Positions 34,756 to 46,163 of a DNA stretch of 64,000 bases are shown in pieces (the first letter of the stretch is position 1; each line of letters opens with the position of its first letter). The notes beneath the pieces were generated by a model. The model was given only the letters and a program-made list of their open reading frames with translations. It was not told the origin of the DNA and did not search any database. A program made the position numbers and the translations under genes. Location of the stretch: the NCBI GenBank assembly GCA_035461905.1, contig DATHUV010000004.1:6850-70849 (forward strand). The letters run 5' to 3'. This stretch comes from Acidimicrobiia bacterium. GTDB taxonomy: Bacteria; Actinomycetota; Acidimicrobiia; Spongiisociales; UBA5794.

Positions 34756-36000
34756 TCACCGATCCGGGGACGGTGAGCAGAGGCGTCGGACCGCTTCGAC
34801 CAGGACCGAGGAGACCGTCGATGCCTCGTCCAACGACACTCGTTCATCTGCAGCATGCGCGGTTGCCACGTCACCGGGACCGTACACGACCGCGGCCGCG
34901 CCGCCCTCACGAACCCACAGCGCCATGTCGCACCCGAATGGCACACCGACGAGGTCCGGCATGCGACCGGTGACGGCATGCGCGGCGGACCGGACCGTCT
35001 CGACGAGGGGATGGTCGACGGCGATCGACGACGATCCGAATGCCGCACCGGTCCGCTCGATCCTCGGTGGGTGGTCGACGAGCCACGGGTCCTCGGCGAT
35101 GGCCTCACGCAAGGTCCGCTCGAAGCGGGACTCGGCCTCGGCGATCGTCTCGCCGATCGTGACCCCGACCCTGATCTCGGCGGTGACGCGATCCATCACG
35201 TTGGATGCCCACACGCCGCCGCGCACGACGCCGATCGTCGTGGGATACGGCAGGTCGAGGCGGGCCATGACAGGGTGTGTCTCACCGGTGTTGATCTCGG
35301 CCTCGAGTGCGCCGAGCGCCCGATGGACGGTGATGAGATGGTCGAGGGCGGATTCCCCTTCGAGGCGCGTGGCTGCATGCGCGGCGCGTCCTGGGATCTC
35401 GATCGTGTACGTGAGGGCGCCGCCGTGGGCGACGACGACCTGCGGCCCGTTCGGACCCGAAGTCGGCTCCGTGAGGATCACGTGGTCCCCCGTCCAACCA
35501 CGACGGATGGCTGACAGCGTTCCGGTCCCCCCGTCCTCTTCGCCAGGCACCACGACGATCCGAACCTCCCCTGCGAACCCCCTGTCACCCACCGCGATCT
35601 CAGTGAAGGCCTCGACGGCGGCGACCACGCCGGCCTTCATGTCCGCGGCGCCGCGCCCGTAAAGGACGCCTTCGACGAGCTCGCCCGCAGGGTCGGTGGT
35701 CCATGCGGCAAGGTCCCCGACCGGCACGACGTCGACATGGCCGGTGAGGACGACCGTTGGCCCCGGTCGTGTGCCGACGATCCGGGCGGCGACGACCGGT
35801 ATGTCGTCGCGCTCGACCTCCCTACCGGGGTAGGCGGGATCGGCCTCGAGATCCGACATCGCATCGACCCACATGTCGACCTCGTCGGCGACAGGGGCGA
35901 GCCAGGAGGTGACAAGGTCAATGGCCTCGTGCTCATGGCCCGTCGGCGACGACGTCGCGACGAGTTCGACGGTGCGGTCCCAGATCCGGTCAGCGTCCAC
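34756..36000 (-). CDS. M20-family metallopeptidase/deacylase (ArgE/DapE-like)
   Basis: M20 metal-ligand motifs (GHVDVVP, GAADMKAG, EEDGG, ...H at the C-terminal end). Start set at GTG 36000 with a GGAGGGAG RBS; the listed ATG at 36102 would overlap the GDH gene by 40 nt. Confidence 0.8.
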   Translation of the reverse strand: MDADRIWDRTVELVATSSPTGHEHEAIDLVTSWLAPVADEVDMWVDAMSDLEADPAYPGREVERDDIPVVAARIVGTRPGPTVVLTGHVDVVPVGDLAAWTTDPAGELVEGVLYGRGAADMKAGVVAAVEAFTEIAVGDRGFAGEVRIVVVPGEEDGGTGTLSAIRRGWTGDHVILTEPTSGPNGPQVVVAHGGALTYTIEIPGRAAHAATRLEGESALDHLITVHRALGALEAEINTGETHPVMARLDLPYPTTIGVVRGGVWASNVMDRVTAEIRVGVTIGETIAEAESRFERTLREAIAEDPWLVDHPPRIERTGAAFGSSSIAVDHPLVETVRSAAHAVTGRMPDLVGVPFGCDMALWVREGGAAAVVYGPGDVATAHAADERVSLDEASTVSSVLVEAVRRLCSPSPDR

Positions 36001-36062
36001 GCGTCTCCCTCCGGCGGGGGTCAGCGTACCTCGCCTGACACCATGGGACACCGGGAGCGACG

Positions 36063-37424
36063 CTACGGCCAGATGCCCCGCTGCTCGGTTGCGGTGCGGC
36101 ACCGCCCCACGGCAACGACGTGGGCCGCGACACGCATCGTCGGATGGGCGATGTCATCGTCGCTGCCCGTCGCCTCCTGCCACGCGGCACGGTAGACGTC
36201 CACTCGATCGAGTAGTGCGGCCCTGGTCGTTACGACCGCATCGGTCGCGTCGCGCATTGTCGCCCTGAGCCGTTCCTGGACCTCGGACTCGCTCCACTGC
36301 TCGTGTGCGAGGTTCTGAGTCCATTCGAAGTACGACACGACCACGCCGCCAGCGCAGCTCAGGATGTCGGGGATGACCGGGATGCCGCGTTCTGCGAGGA
36401 TGTCGTCGGCTTCGGGCGTCGTTGGTCCGTTCGCCGCTTCGATGACGACCTTCGCCTGCACGCGACCGGCGTTGGCGGTCGTGATCTGGGTTTCGAGGGC
36501 CGCAGGGATCAGGACGTCGCAGGGCACCTCCAGGACCTCCTTCGGACCGAGGTCCGAGGTGCCGGCAGTCCCGACGACCGTGCCGGTGGCGTCCTTGTGG
36601 TGCTGCACCTCTGCCAGGTCGAGCCCGTCGGGTGCGTGAACGCCACCCTTGGAGTCACTGACCGCGACGATCCGGGCACCCGCGTTCGCGAAGATCCTCG
36701 CTGCGTGGCGTCCGGCGTTGCCAAAGCCCTGGATCGCGACGTCGGCGCCTTCGATGCTGGGGACCTCGAGGAGCGCCCCCATCTCGACCATGTGCTCGAG
36801 CACGTAGAACAGGCCCTGGGCGGTCGCGGCGTCACGACCGTGCGATCCGCCAAGGTCGAGGGGCTTCCCCGTGACCACCGGGAGGTTGTTCTGGCCTGGG
36901 TGCATCATCGAGTACGTGTCGTAGATCCAGGCCATCGTCTGTGCATCCGTGTACACGTCAGGCGCTGGGATGTCGGTGTGAGGGCCGATGTCGTCACCGA
37001 GAGACGAGATGTAGCGGCGGGTGAGCCTGCGCTTCTCGTCAACCGACAGGCTCTTGGGATCGCATCGGATACCGCCCTTTGCGCCTCCGAACGGGATGCC
37101 GGCCAATGCGCACTTCCACGTCATCAGCGTGGCGAGGGCGACGACGTCGTGCTCGTTGACATCCGGGTGGTAGCGCACCCCTCCCTTTCCCGGCCCCCTG
37201 ACGTTGTCGTGGAGGACCCGATAGGCGGTGAACGTCTCCACGTACCCGTCATCCATCCGGACCGGCAGTGCAAGCTTGATGATCCGTTCGGGCTCGAAGA
37301 GCCACCCGGCCATACCGCGCCATCCGTTCAGCGGATGGATGAATGGTCGGACCCGATCGAACTCGCGGCGAACCATGTCAGCAAAGTCGAGGTTCTCGGT
37401 CGGAGTGATCATCCAATTCCTCAC
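36063..37424 (-). CDS. gdh: NAD(P)-dependent glutamate dehydrogenase (Glu/Leu/Phe/Val dehydrogenase family)
   Basis: Catalytic lysine region GGAKGG, nucleotide-binding GFGNAG; 453 aa. Confidence 0.9.
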   Translation of the reverse strand: MRNWMITPTENLDFADMVRREFDRVRPFIHPLNGWRGMAGWLFEPERIIKLALPVRMDDGYVETFTAYRVLHDNVRGPGKGGVRYHPDVNEHDVVALATLMTWKCALAGIPFGGAKGGIRCDPKSLSVDEKRRLTRRYISSLGDDIGPHTDIPAPDVYTDAQTMAWIYDTYSMMHPGQNNLPVVTGKPLDLGGSHGRDAATAQGLFYVLEHMVEMGALLEVPSIEGADVAIQGFGNAGRHAARIFANAGARIVAVSDSKGGVHAPDGLDLAEVQHHKDATGTVVGTAGTSDLGPKEVLEVPCDVLIPAALETQITTANAGRVQAKVVIEAANGPTTPEADDILAERGIPVIPDILSCAGGVVVSYFEWTQNLAHEQWSESEVQERLRATMRDATDAVVTTRAALLDRVDVYRAAWQEATGSDDDIAHPTMRVAAHVVAVGRCRTATEQRGIWP

Positions 37425-37468
37425 CTAGCTCCTCACCATCTTACGCGCTTTGGACGGTTCAGATCGGA

Positions 37469-39116
37469 TCAGGGATGCCGCGCCACCCAGTCGCCGATGG
37501 CCTCGAGGAACACATCGCCGTAGGTGTCGAGCTTCTTCGCTCCGACCCCGCTGATGGACAGGAACTGGGCCTCCGTGGTCGGCCGGAGTCCGGCCATCTC
37601 GGCGAGGGTGGCATCGGAGAACACCACATACGCAGGCACGGAGCGCTCGTCGGCGAGACGCCGCCGCAACATCCGAAGCTCCTCGAACAGGTCGTTCGCC
37701 TCCTCGGACATCACCGCCTGCCCACCACCACCACCACCGGCAGGCTTCGGCGTCCGGGTCGTATGGAGGTCGACGTCGAGGTCGGTACACACATCACACG
37801 ACGTCCCACACCGTTCGATCGACTCCCCGAAGTACCTCGCAAGACCCTGATGACGGCACCTCGCCGTCTCGGAGTAGTCGTACATGAGGCGAACGTGCCG
37901 CTGCTGGACCGCATCGTCCTTCGACACGATCCGTTCGAGCTGAACGACGTCCGCCCACGAGTAGAACAGGTAGCAGTCCGCGTTGAGGCCGTCACGACCC
38001 GCCCTGCCGATCTCCTGGTAGTAGCCCTCAGGGGACTTCGGCATGTCACGGTGGATCACGTATCGCACGTTCGACTTGTCGATTCCCATGCCGAACGCGA
38101 CCGTGGCACAGACCACTTCGACATCATCACGAATGAACGCATCCTGGACCCTCGTCCGTTCCTCGGGTTCCATTCCTGCGTGATAGGCAGCGGAACGGAT
38201 GCCGAGCGACCGCAGGTAGTCCGCAGTCGACTCGGCGGACTTGCGGGACAGTGTGTAGACGATGCCGCTCTCGCCTCGATGGCGGAGGCTGATCCTGCCG
38301 ATGTAGTCACGAGCACGGATCGTTCGTCCGTCATGATCGCCCTTCTTCAGGGCGCGCAGCTTGAGGTTCGAGCGAAAGAAGCTCGTCTGGACGATCATCG
38401 GGTCGGTGAGGTCGAGTTGGGAAGCGATGTCGCGTCGTACCCGCTCGGTCGCGGTTGCCGTCAAGGCAAGCACGGGCACGCCGAAGCGCGACTTGAGATG
38501 GATCAGTTGGCGATAGGCGGGGCGGAAGTCATGGCCCCATTGGCTGATGCAATGCGCCTCGTCGACGGCGATCAGCCGAACGTCCGCCGCATCGAGGACC
38601 GAGCCAAGCTCAGCACCGAGACCTTCGGGGGCCGCGTAGACGAGCTCGTACTCCCCCGCTGCGAGGGCGTCGATGCGTCGCTTCCGCTCCTCGTACTCGA
38701 TGCTCGAGTTGATGAACGTGGCGGCGATCCCGAGCTCGGTGGCCGCATCCACCTGGTCCTTCATGAGCGCAATGAGCGGTGAGATGACAAGCGTCGTGCC
38801 ACCGATGAGTCGGGCGGCGAGTTGGTAGGTGAGCGACTTCCCGGACCCCGTCGGCATCACGGCGAGGCAATCGGTCGCCCCGAGTGCTGCTTCGATCACA
38901 CGACGCTGTCCCGGCCTGAACTCCTCGTACCCGAACACGGACCGCAACTCTCGATACAGAGACGCGTCGTCCACCCGGATCGGGTGGCGCAGCGGTTTCG
39001 ACGCCCGGGATGGGCGCGACGACGCAGGTGCAGCGGGACCCTGCGCGGTGTCGTCGAGGATGTCCCAGTAGCCCTCGTCGATGTCGGGGAAGGGCCCTGA
39101 GGTCGGAGTCGTCACG
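37469..39116 (-). CDS. recQ: ATP-dependent DNA helicase RecQ
   Basis: PTGSGKS Walker A, DEAH box (VDEAHCISQWGHDFR), RecQ Zn-binding Cys cluster (CRHQ...CGTSCDVC), C-terminal HRDC domain. Start at in-frame GTG ~39116; the listed ORF is extended. Confidence 0.85.
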
Positions 39117-39174
39117 TCGACAGCATACGGTGCACGGCCGACGCGACGATGAGCGAAGGGCGTATGGTCACCAG

Positions 39175-39717
39175 ATGCGCACGGAAAGACCGCCAGACGG
39201 TGATCCCTGGCCCGGCGAGTACACGTACTGTCCGCTATGCCGCTCCGAGCTGACCTGGACGCTCGTCGGTGGGTCGCCACGCATGCGGTGTGGAGCATGC
39301 GGGTTCGTCCATTGGCGCAACCCCGGTGTCGGGGCGGCCGTTGCAGTCTTCGACGACGACGGCAGGATCCTCCTCATCCGGCGCGGACCCGGAATGACCA
39401 GGGAGGGTATGTGGGCCATCCCTGCCGGATTCGTGACCTATGGCGAGGAGATCAGGGAGGCCGCTGCTCGTGAGCTCGAGGAGGAGACCGGCCTCACGGC
39501 CGACGTCGGCGACGTCGTGTGGATCGCATCGAACTTCCACGATCCGGCCAAGCTCACCGTCGGCGTGTGGTTCTCGGGAACGATCACCGGCGGACAGCTC
39601 GTCGCCGGTGACGATGCAGACCGTGCCGAGTACTTTGCCCTTGACCAGCTTCCGCCGCTTGCCTTCGACACCGACAAGGCATACCTGAGAACCCTCGGTG
39701 CCACCATCGTCGACTGA
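39175..39717 (+). CDS. NUDIX hydrolase with N-terminal zinc ribbon (NudC/NADH-pyrophosphatase-like)
   Basis: CPLC...CGAC zinc ribbon followed by Nudix box GGAVAV...GFVTYGEEIREAAARELEEETG. The listed ORF 39010..39717 has a spurious N-terminal extension. Confidence 0.75.
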   Translation: MRTERPPDGDPWPGEYTYCPLCRSELTWTLVGGSPRMRCGACGFVHWRNPGVGAAVAVFDDDGRILLIRRGPGMTREGMWAIPAGFVTYGEEIREAAARELEEETGLTADVGDVVWIASNFHDPAKLTVGVWFSGTITGGQLVAGDDADRAEYFALDQLPPLAFDTDKAYLRTLGATIVD

Positions 39718-39806
39718 GGTGGCGGATCGTTGGACGCATCCTCCCGGGACCGATACCGTTCAATCAAGTGCAGCGCCAGACGAGAGGCATCGTGGAATCC
39801 AAGAAC

Positions 39807-40262
39807 ATGGTCGAGAAGATCGTCCTGATGGTCGCGTTCGCCATCGTCGGGTCGTTCGTTGCCTACTTCATCGGCATCTTCGTGATGATGTGGGCAGGGA
39901 GGTTCGGCTCCCAGGATGGGTGGGAGGACCTCGTCGCCGTCGTCATGGCCATGCTGTCGTTCGCTCCCGTCGGTGCCATCTTCGGTGCTGCCCTCGGGTA
40001 TCGCCGCAACGGTGAGTGGCTCTGGACGACGATGCCATCCAAGCAACGCACGTACACGGTCGGTGGCGCGCTCATCCTCGCCACCGTCGTCGGAGTAATC
40101 AGCGCGTTCACCACCGAAGCGATGTCCGCGGTGTTCCTCGCCGTATGGGCGCTCCCGATCGGGGCAGCGGTCGGATTCATCCTGGGGCGCCCACCGAAGG
40201 CGGTCGCCGACACGGTCACGGCTCCATCGCGAACCGACCCGACCGACCCTTTCACGGCGTGA
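39807..40262 (+). CDS. hypothetical integral membrane protein
   Basis: Four hydrophobic helices; no motif recognised. Confidence 0.5.
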   Translation: MVEKIVLMVAFAIVGSFVAYFIGIFVMMWAGRFGSQDGWEDLVAVVMAMLSFAPVGAIFGAALGYRRNGEWLWTTMPSKQRTYTVGGALILATVVGVISAFTTEAMSAVFLAVWALPIGAAVGFILGRPPKAVADTVTAPSRTDPTDPFTA

Positions 40263-40314
40263 GCTGACCCCCGTCGCGATGCGATCGATCATCCATTCCT
40301 GGCACCCAGGACGA

Positions 40315-41658
40315 TCAGATCGCCCGGTACAGGTCCCAATCCCCATCGACGCCCTTGAGGCTGAACACGCCGAGCCCCTCGAAGCGATGACCCGAACCCA
40401 GCAGGAGGTCATGCACCGTGCGGGACACGACGATGGATCCACCTGTGGCATGATCCATCACCCTGGCCGCTATGTGAACGGCGAGGCCACCGACGTCCCC
40501 TCCTGAACCGTCGACCTGACCGGTATGTACGCCAGTGCGAATGGCGATCCCCATCGCGACGAGCTGCCTGGTGAGGACACGTGCGCAGTCGAGGGCACCG
40601 CCGGGATCAGGGAACGTCGCCAGCACTCCATCGCCGGTCGACTTGACGACTCGGCCGCCGAAGCGCCGCACGATCTTGTGCGTCGTCTCGTCGTGGACCG
40701 CAAGGACTGCACCCCACTCCCGATCTCCCAACGCGCCGGCACGTCGCGTCGAGTCGACGATGTCGGTGAACATGACGGTCGCGATCCCTGACGCCGGTAG
40801 ACGCTCGGAAGTGTCGTCAATGGCAAGGAAGTCACGGACATGTCCGAGGATCTCGTCCGGTCTCTCCCAGAAAATGGGGCCGTCGGCACCGGACACCTCC
40901 ACGTACCTGGCGTTCGGAAGGTGCTCAGCGAGAAACCGGCCGTGAGCCGAGGGGATCAGCGGATACCGCTCCCGGTGGATCACCAGGACGGGCGCCCTCA
41001 CCTCTGCGAGATCTCCACGCACGTCCATCGAAAGCAGGCGTTCGAGCGCTTGGGTCATCGTGGTGGGTGTTCCGATCGACCGAACGTACTTCGAGTACCA
41101 CTCCGAGAATGCCTCGTCGCCGATCTTGCTCGGGACGTTCATCGAAACCTGGGCCTCGGTACCCCACGTTGCCCCGACGGTGGCCAGCAGCACTTCGACC
41201 ACGTCATCGGGGATGCCGATCGGGTAGTCGTCAGCCCATCGGAATCTCGACGTCGAGTTGTAGAGGATGAGCTTCGTGACCCGTTCGGGATGAAGGGCGG
41301 CGAACCGTATGGCGATGGGACCGGCGTCGAGCATGGACCACAACACGACCTCGCCCGCTCCGACGGCGGCAAGGACGGCGGAAAGCTCGGCGACGTCGTG
41401 ATCGAGGCTGGGAACGCGATCACGCGGGTACGGGTCGGAATTGCTGGTGCCCAGCTTGTCGTATCGCACCATCTCGGCGAAGGTCCCGAAACGTGCGAGG
41501 AACTGCGCCGCCGTTGGGTCCTCCCACAAGACATCGGTGTTCGAGAAACTGCCTGCTGACGCAATGACCGTGGGCGGCCCATCACCGAATACCTGGTAGG
41601 CGACGCGGGCACCGTCAAAGTCCGCATACTTCGTGGCAGGCAGCATCGCCACCAGCAT
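40315..41658 (-). CDS. alpha/beta-hydrolase domain fused to class III adenylate/guanylate cyclase (LipJ-like architecture)
   Basis: N-terminal alpha/beta-hydrolase fold; C-terminal cyclase homology domain (TVMFTDIVDSTRR...GDGVLATF). Start taken at MLVAMLPATKY; upstream is a shadow extension. Confidence 0.8.
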   Translation of the reverse strand: MLVAMLPATKYADFDGARVAYQVFGDGPPTVIASAGSFSNTDVLWEDPTAAQFLARFGTFAEMVRYDKLGTSNSDPYPRDRVPSLDHDVAELSAVLAAVGAGEVVLWSMLDAGPIAIRFAALHPERVTKLILYNSTSRFRWADDYPIGIPDDVVEVLLATVGATWGTEAQVSMNVPSKIGDEAFSEWYSKYVRSIGTPTTMTQALERLLSMDVRGDLAEVRAPVLVIHRERYPLIPSAHGRFLAEHLPNARYVEVSGADGPIFWERPDEILGHVRDFLAIDDTSERLPASGIATVMFTDIVDSTRRAGALGDREWGAVLAVHDETTHKIVRRFGGRVVKSTGDGVLATFPDPGGALDCARVLTRQLVAMGIAIRTGVHTGQVDGSGGDVGGLAVHIAARVMDHATGGSIVVSRTVHDLLLGSGHRFEGLGVFSLKGVDGDWDLYRAI

Positions 41659-41699
41659 ACGCGAGATTCGGACAGGGTTCCGAGGTTGGATGAACGACC

Positions 41700-42092
41700 T
41701 CAGATGGACAGCTGACCAGGGTCGTTGGGAACATCGACGGCGTACGCCGTGAGGATGTCGAGTGCCACGATGTCGAGCACTGCAGCGTTGGTCGACGCGA
41801 GGACAACCGGTGCCGCCTTGCCGTCGCGATGTGCACGCAGCCAATTCGGAGCGGTGACGCACCACCGGTCACCGGGCACGAGGCCGGGGAAGCGGAACTG
41901 TGGCATCGGAGTCGACAGGTCGTTCCCGATGGATCGCTGGTGCTCGAGGAACTCGGCGGTCATCACCGCACAGATCGTGTGGCTCCCTCGATCCGCCTCG
42001 TCGGTTCGGCACGATCCGTCGCGGAACCACCCCGTCACCGGATCGACACCGCATGCCTCGAGGTCGCCTCCGAGGACGTTGCGGTCACTCAT
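41700..42092 (-). CDS. DUF2237-family protein
   Basis: Recollected similarity to the conserved DUF2237 family (Cys-rich N-terminus GGDLEACG...GSCRTDE...HTICAVMT). Start at MSDRNVLGG. Confidence 0.55.
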   Translation of the reverse strand: MSDRNVLGGDLEACGVDPVTGWFRDGSCRTDEADRGSHTICAVMTAEFLEHQRSIGNDLSTPMPQFRFPGLVPGDRWCVTAPNWLRAHRDGKAAPVVLASTNAAVLDIVALDILTAYAVDVPNDPGQLSI

Positions 42093-42122
42093 GGTTTGGG
42101 CCTCTCCTTGAGGGTTGATCAA

Positions 42123-42806
42123 CTATGGCGAGGCTGGGGCTGGTCCATGGCGTCCTCGTAACCTGAAGGGGATCACCAGATACAGCGCGGCGAGCAGGTA
42201 GAGGGCCACAGCGACGTTCGGAAGTACCAAGCCGACGCTGATGGCGACCACATAGGCTGCGAGGCTGGGCGTGAGCTTCCGGGTCACTGCCTGCACATTC
42301 TCGGTGTTCAGGTCCGGTCGAACGAGCCCCCTCGAGACCCCGTACTTCCACAGAGCCATGACCATGAGGCGAGTTGCGAGCAATGCCAAGCCGTAGAGCG
42401 TGACGGCCACTCGTTCGCCATCAGGTGATTGCAGGTATTCCGCCAGGAGCTTGGTGGGCACCGGGAGGAAACCGACGACCAGGAGCAGTATCAGGTTGAG
42501 GCGCAACAGGATCGGATCGACCCGGTCGAGGAGGTCGGTGATGGCCGAGTGGACCATCCACACCGATCCGATGGTGAGGAAGCTGATGAGGTAGGCGAGA
42601 TAGGACGGCCAGGCCTCCAGCACCGCCCTGAGCAAATCCGAGCCGCGGTCCGAAGGTATCGAGATCTCCAGGACCAGGAGCGTGATGGCGATGGCGAACA
42701 CCCCGTCACTGAATGCCTCCATCCGGCCCGTCTGCAGCCCAACCGTGCGGCGCCCTCCAGACAGTTCGCCATCCGGGGCTGAATCGTGCTCGTCAGGACT
42801 CATGTT
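42123..42806 (-). CDS. TMEM175/DUF1211-family K+ channel homolog
   Basis: Hallmark N-terminal helix motif RMEAFSDGVFAIAITLLVLE and 6 TM segments. Start at MSPDEH (42806) or further upstream (listed 42911). Confidence 0.7.
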   Translation of the reverse strand, partial: NMSPDEHDSAPDGELSGGRRTVGLQTGRMEAFSDGVFAIAITLLVLEISIPSDRGSDLLRAVLEAWPSYLAYLISFLTIGSVWMVHSAITDLLDRVDPILLRLNLILLLVVGFLPVPTKLLAEYLQSPDGERVAVTLYGLALLATRLMVMALWKYGVSRGLVRPDLNTENVQAVTRKLTPSLAAYVVAISVGLVLPNVAVALYLLAALYLVIPFRLRGRHGPAPASP

Positions 42807-42959
42807 CCCTGGACCCTCCGGGTTCACGCGGGCATGGTGGATCGAGTAATGACCGGTGGTCCGACTCGGCTCGAACGTAGCACCGGGTGGCACGAAAGCC
42901 GAGAATACCAAGCGTTCGCAGAGGGCTCAGCCCCGTGGACCTGGGATGAACCCTCACCG

Positions 42960-43406
42960 TCACACTCCATCGATGAGGTCGACGATGGCGCAGACCGCTC
43001 GGCGTGCCGCCGACTCGGTTGCCGGGGACATGGCGAAGCCAAGATCGAGATCCGATGCGGGGATGGACACGAGGTACGCCGCGGCCGGCATGGTGCCGAC
43101 CGTCGGGACCAGGGCCAATAGTGAAGCGGGGTCGCCGTGGTGGGTCATGACCTGTGCTCCGGGCTCCGCTCCAACGGGCTGGACGCTGAGGTCCTCGGCA
43201 TCCACCGAGGCATCGACGAACACGACGAGCGATCGCCCCGACACGTCGAGTGCCAGTTCAGGACTGAGCTGGGTCACGGACCGCACGTCGATGTCGGAAC
43301 GGCCGAGCATCTCGATCTGTTCGGCGACCCACCGGCCCGCGCCGTCGTCGCGCCGCATGTCGTTGCCGTACCCGATGACGAGGACGTCAGCCCCGGATGC
43401 GCTCAC
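42960..43406 (-). CDS. hoxW: [NiFe]-hydrogenase maturation endopeptidase (HoxW/HycI family)
   Basis: N-terminal LVIGYGNDMRRDDGAG motif (GNxxRxDDGxG). The GTG start overlaps the hoxH stop by 20 nt. Confidence 0.75.
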   Translation of the reverse strand: MSASGADVLVIGYGNDMRRDDGAGRWVAEQIEMLGRSDIDVRSVTQLSPELALDVSGRSLVVFVDASVDAEDLSVQPVGAEPGAQVMTHHGDPASLLALVPTVGTMPAAAYLVSIPASDLDLGFAMSPATESAARRAVCAIVDLIDGV

Positions 43407-44826
43407 AGACCGTCTTCCCGTCGGCGTCGACCAGGCTGACAATGAGTGGCATCTGGCCGATCGCATGCGTGGAGCAGCTCAGGCACGGGTCGAACGCGCG
43501 GATACCCGCCTCGATCCGGTTGAGGATCTCCTCGGGGATGTCGGGTCCCGTGATCCACTCCTTTGCGATCTCATGCACCGTGGCGTTCATCGCGAGGTTG
43601 TTCTGCCCCGTTGCGATGATCATGTTGACCTCCTCGAGGAGGCCGGTCCGATCGACGTGGTACTCGTGGAAGAGGGTTCCGCGTGGCGCCTCGGAGGATC
43701 CGACGGCAACGAGATGGTTGATGCCGGCCGTCGCACGGACCATCGTGTCGAGCACGTCGTTGTCGGCGAGCAGTCCACGCATGAGCTCGACGGCGGCAAG
43801 GATTTCGATGAGCCGCGCGTAGTGGAAGAAAAAGGAAGACGTCGCGATACCCCCGGCTCGTTCACGGTACGCCTGGAGGGCAGCGTCCGCTGCTGGTGAC
43901 CCCATCGTCTTGCACACGTTCAACCGTGCGAGGGGTCCGACGCGATACATGCCCGCTCTCAGGTCGTCACCGCCATCGACGGCGGGTTTGAAGTACGGGC
44001 TCTTGAGGTACGAGTCCACGTTGGAGGCCTCACCGATGAGGGTGCGGTACTCCGCAACGGGAACGCGATCGGCCGCGACGGCGCCGGTCGCGTCGACGAC
44101 CTTGAGATGCCCGTCGTAGTGCTCCCAACGGCCCCCGTCGTTGGCGAGCGCCAGGAAGTAGCTCGGGAACTGTCCGAATGCTCGTATCTCGCGCTCGAAC
44201 CCGTCCAGGATCCCGGTGAAAAGCTCGAGTGCCATCGTCGCGGTCTCGAACGACTCGGCGAGGCGGCCCTGGAGCTCGGTACGGGTCTCGGAGGTCATCG
44301 GTTCCGCGATGCCCCCCGGGACGATGCCCGGGGCGTGCACCTTGCGCCCGGCAATCGACTCGATCACTGACTGCCCGAAGCCGCGCAGCCGGATGCCACG
44401 ACGGGCGAGCTCAGGCTGAGCCTCCATCAACCCGAAGACGTTGCGCACGGATGGATCGGCGTCGAATCCGAGCAGGAGGTCCGGCGAGCTGAGGTGGAAG
44501 AAGCTCAGTGCGTGGGACTGGATGATCTGACCGAGGTTCGCGATCCGTCGGAGCCGCTCGGCATTCGCCGGGATCTGGACACCCATCACCGCATCACCTG
44601 CCTTGGCGGATGCAACAAGATGGCTCACGGGGCAGATGCCGCATGTGCGCGCCGTCAGTGACGGCATCTCCCACACGGGGCGGCCGACGCAGAACGCCTC
44701 GAACCCCCTGAACTCGGTCACGTGGAAGCGCGTGTCAGCGGGGCGACCGTCGGCGTCGAGCCTGATCGTGATCTTGGCGTGGCCCTCGATGCGCGAGACC
44801 GGGTCGATCACTACGAGGTCATGCAT
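43387..44826 (-). CDS. hoxH: [NiFe]-hydrogenase large subunit, group 3 (bidirectional, HoxH-like)
   Basis: N-terminal RIEGH and CGIC motifs, C-terminal DPCLSCSTH Ni-Fe ligand motif; 479 aa. Confidence 0.9.
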   Translation of the reverse strand: MHDLVVIDPVSRIEGHAKITIRLDADGRPADTRFHVTEFRGFEAFCVGRPVWEMPSLTARTCGICPVSHLVASAKAGDAVMGVQIPANAERLRRIANLGQIIQSHALSFFHLSSPDLLLGFDADPSVRNVFGLMEAQPELARRGIRLRGFGQSVIESIAGRKVHAPGIVPGGIAEPMTSETRTELQGRLAESFETATMALELFTGILDGFEREIRAFGQFPSYFLALANDGGRWEHYDGHLKVVDATGAVAADRVPVAEYRTLIGEASNVDSYLKSPYFKPAVDGGDDLRAGMYRVGPLARLNVCKTMGSPAADAALQAYRERAGGIATSSFFFHYARLIEILAAVELMRGLLADNDVLDTMVRATAGINHLVAVGSSEAPRGTLFHEYHVDRTGLLEEVNMIIATGQNNLAMNATVHEIAKEWITGPDIPEEILNRIEAGIRAFDPCLSCSTHAIGQMPLIVSLVDADGKTVCERIRG

Positions 44827-44841
44827 AGGGGGTTCCGCTCC

Positions 44842-45423
44842 TCATCCGAATCTGATGTCGTCGCCGCGCTCGCCGAGCGGGTTGCCTGCGAGAAGCGCCG
44901 TGACCGTCCTCTGGATGCGTTCGGCAGGCGGGGGACAGCCCGGGAGGAAGACATCCACGTCGATCAGCTGATGAAGGGGGAGAACCTTCGGGAGGAGCGC
45001 GGGCACGATGCCCTCCTCGCTGGGGATCACGGGGTTGCGATCGACGGCGTCGACGTAGACACGGCGAAGGATCTCGATCGGATCGCCGAGCGGGTTGCGC
45101 ATCGCGGTGACGTTCCCGTTCACTGCGCAGTCGCCGAACGACACGACGGTCTTCGTGTTGGCCCTCACGACGAGGGCGAGTTCCCTGTTGTCCTCGTTGG
45201 CGATCGCTCCCTCGACGAGCGTCACGTCCACGTTCTGCGGGAACTCCTTGATGTCGGCGATCGGGCTGTAGACGAGACTGGCGAGCTTGGCGAACTCGAA
45301 GAGCCACTCATCCATGTCGAGGAACGACATGTGACAGCCCGAGCAGCCTCCGAGCCACACCGTCGCTACCCGTGCCTTGCCGGACGGCGTCGCGGCGACC
45401 GCTGCACCGCCCGGATAGGTCAT
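44842..45423 (-). CDS. hoxY: [NiFe]-hydrogenase small subunit, group 3 (HoxY-like)
   Basis: GCSGCH, GDCA and GCPP FeS-cluster motifs. Start at MTYPGG with an ATGA overlap to hoxU; the listed ORF has a spurious N-terminal extension. Confidence 0.85.
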   Translation of the reverse strand: MTYPGGAAVAATPSGKARVATVWLGGCSGCHMSFLDMDEWLFEFAKLASLVYSPIADIKEFPQNVDVTLVEGAIANEDNRELALVVRANTKTVVSFGDCAVNGNVTAMRNPLGDPIEILRRVYVDAVDRNPVIPSEEGIVPALLPKVLPLHQLIDVDVFLPGCPPPAERIQRTVTALLAGNPLGERGDDIRFG

Positions 45424-46163
45424 CGGAACTCCCCCGGATCGATCCACTCGCCGTGCTGCCTCGCCGTTGCGAGCCTGATGACGATGTCGGTCTGATGCAC
45501 CATCTCGCCGACAGCCCTGCCCTGGTACGCGAGCGCACCGGTGGGGCAGACGGCAACGCACTTCCCGCACCATGTGCACGACGTGGATTCACCCCACGGC
45601 TTGCCCATCTCCGCAACGAGGATCGCATCAGCGCCGCGGTACGCGACGTCCCATACGTGGGCACCCTCGATCTCGTGGCACACCCGAACGCACCTCGTGC
45701 ACAGGATGCACCGGTTCGGGTCGAAGACATACTTGGGATGCGATGCGTCAACGGCCCGCAACGGCGCCTGGTAGTCGTACCGGACGTGGTCCATGCCGGT
45801 CTCCACGGCTGTGTCCTGCAGCTCGCAGTTCCCGTTGACCACGCACACCGCGCACACATGGTTGCCCTCGGCGAAGAGGAGCTCGACGATCGACTTGCGG
45901 TGCGCACGGAGGGTTGGCGTATCGGTGAGGATCTCCATGTCGGGCGCCACCGGGGTGGCGCACGCCGGTCGGAGCCGGTGGTCCTCGGCGATCTGGACGA
46001 CGCACACCCGGCATCCGCCCCACACCGACAGACCCTCGAGGTAGCAGAGCGACGGGATCTCCACCCCGAGGCGCCGTGATGCCTCCATGACGGTCTCGTC
46101 CGCGTATGCCTCGTATTCCTCGCCGTCGAACGTGACGGAGACAGTGGCGCGTCGTTCACGCAT
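45420..46163 (-). CDS. hoxU: diaphorase subunit HoxU (NuoG-N-terminal-like, 2Fe-2S plus 4Fe-4S clusters)
   Basis: Plant-type 2Fe-2S Cys pattern (CYLEG...C.VC) plus two 4Fe-4S ferredoxin CxxCxxCxxxCP motifs. Its start overlaps the hoxF stop by 8 nt (ATGCGTGA). Confidence 0.8.
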   Translation of the reverse strand: MRERRATVSVTFDGEEYEAYADETVMEASRRLGVEIPSLCYLEGLSVWGGCRVCVVQIAEDHRLRPACATPVAPDMEILTDTPTLRAHRKSIVELLFAEGNHVCAVCVVNGNCELQDTAVETGMDHVRYDYQAPLRAVDASHPKYVFDPNRCILCTRCVRVCHEIEGAHVWDVAYRGADAILVAEMGKPWGESTSCTWCGKCVAVCPTGALAYQGRAVGEMVHQTDIVIRLATARQHGEWIDPGEFR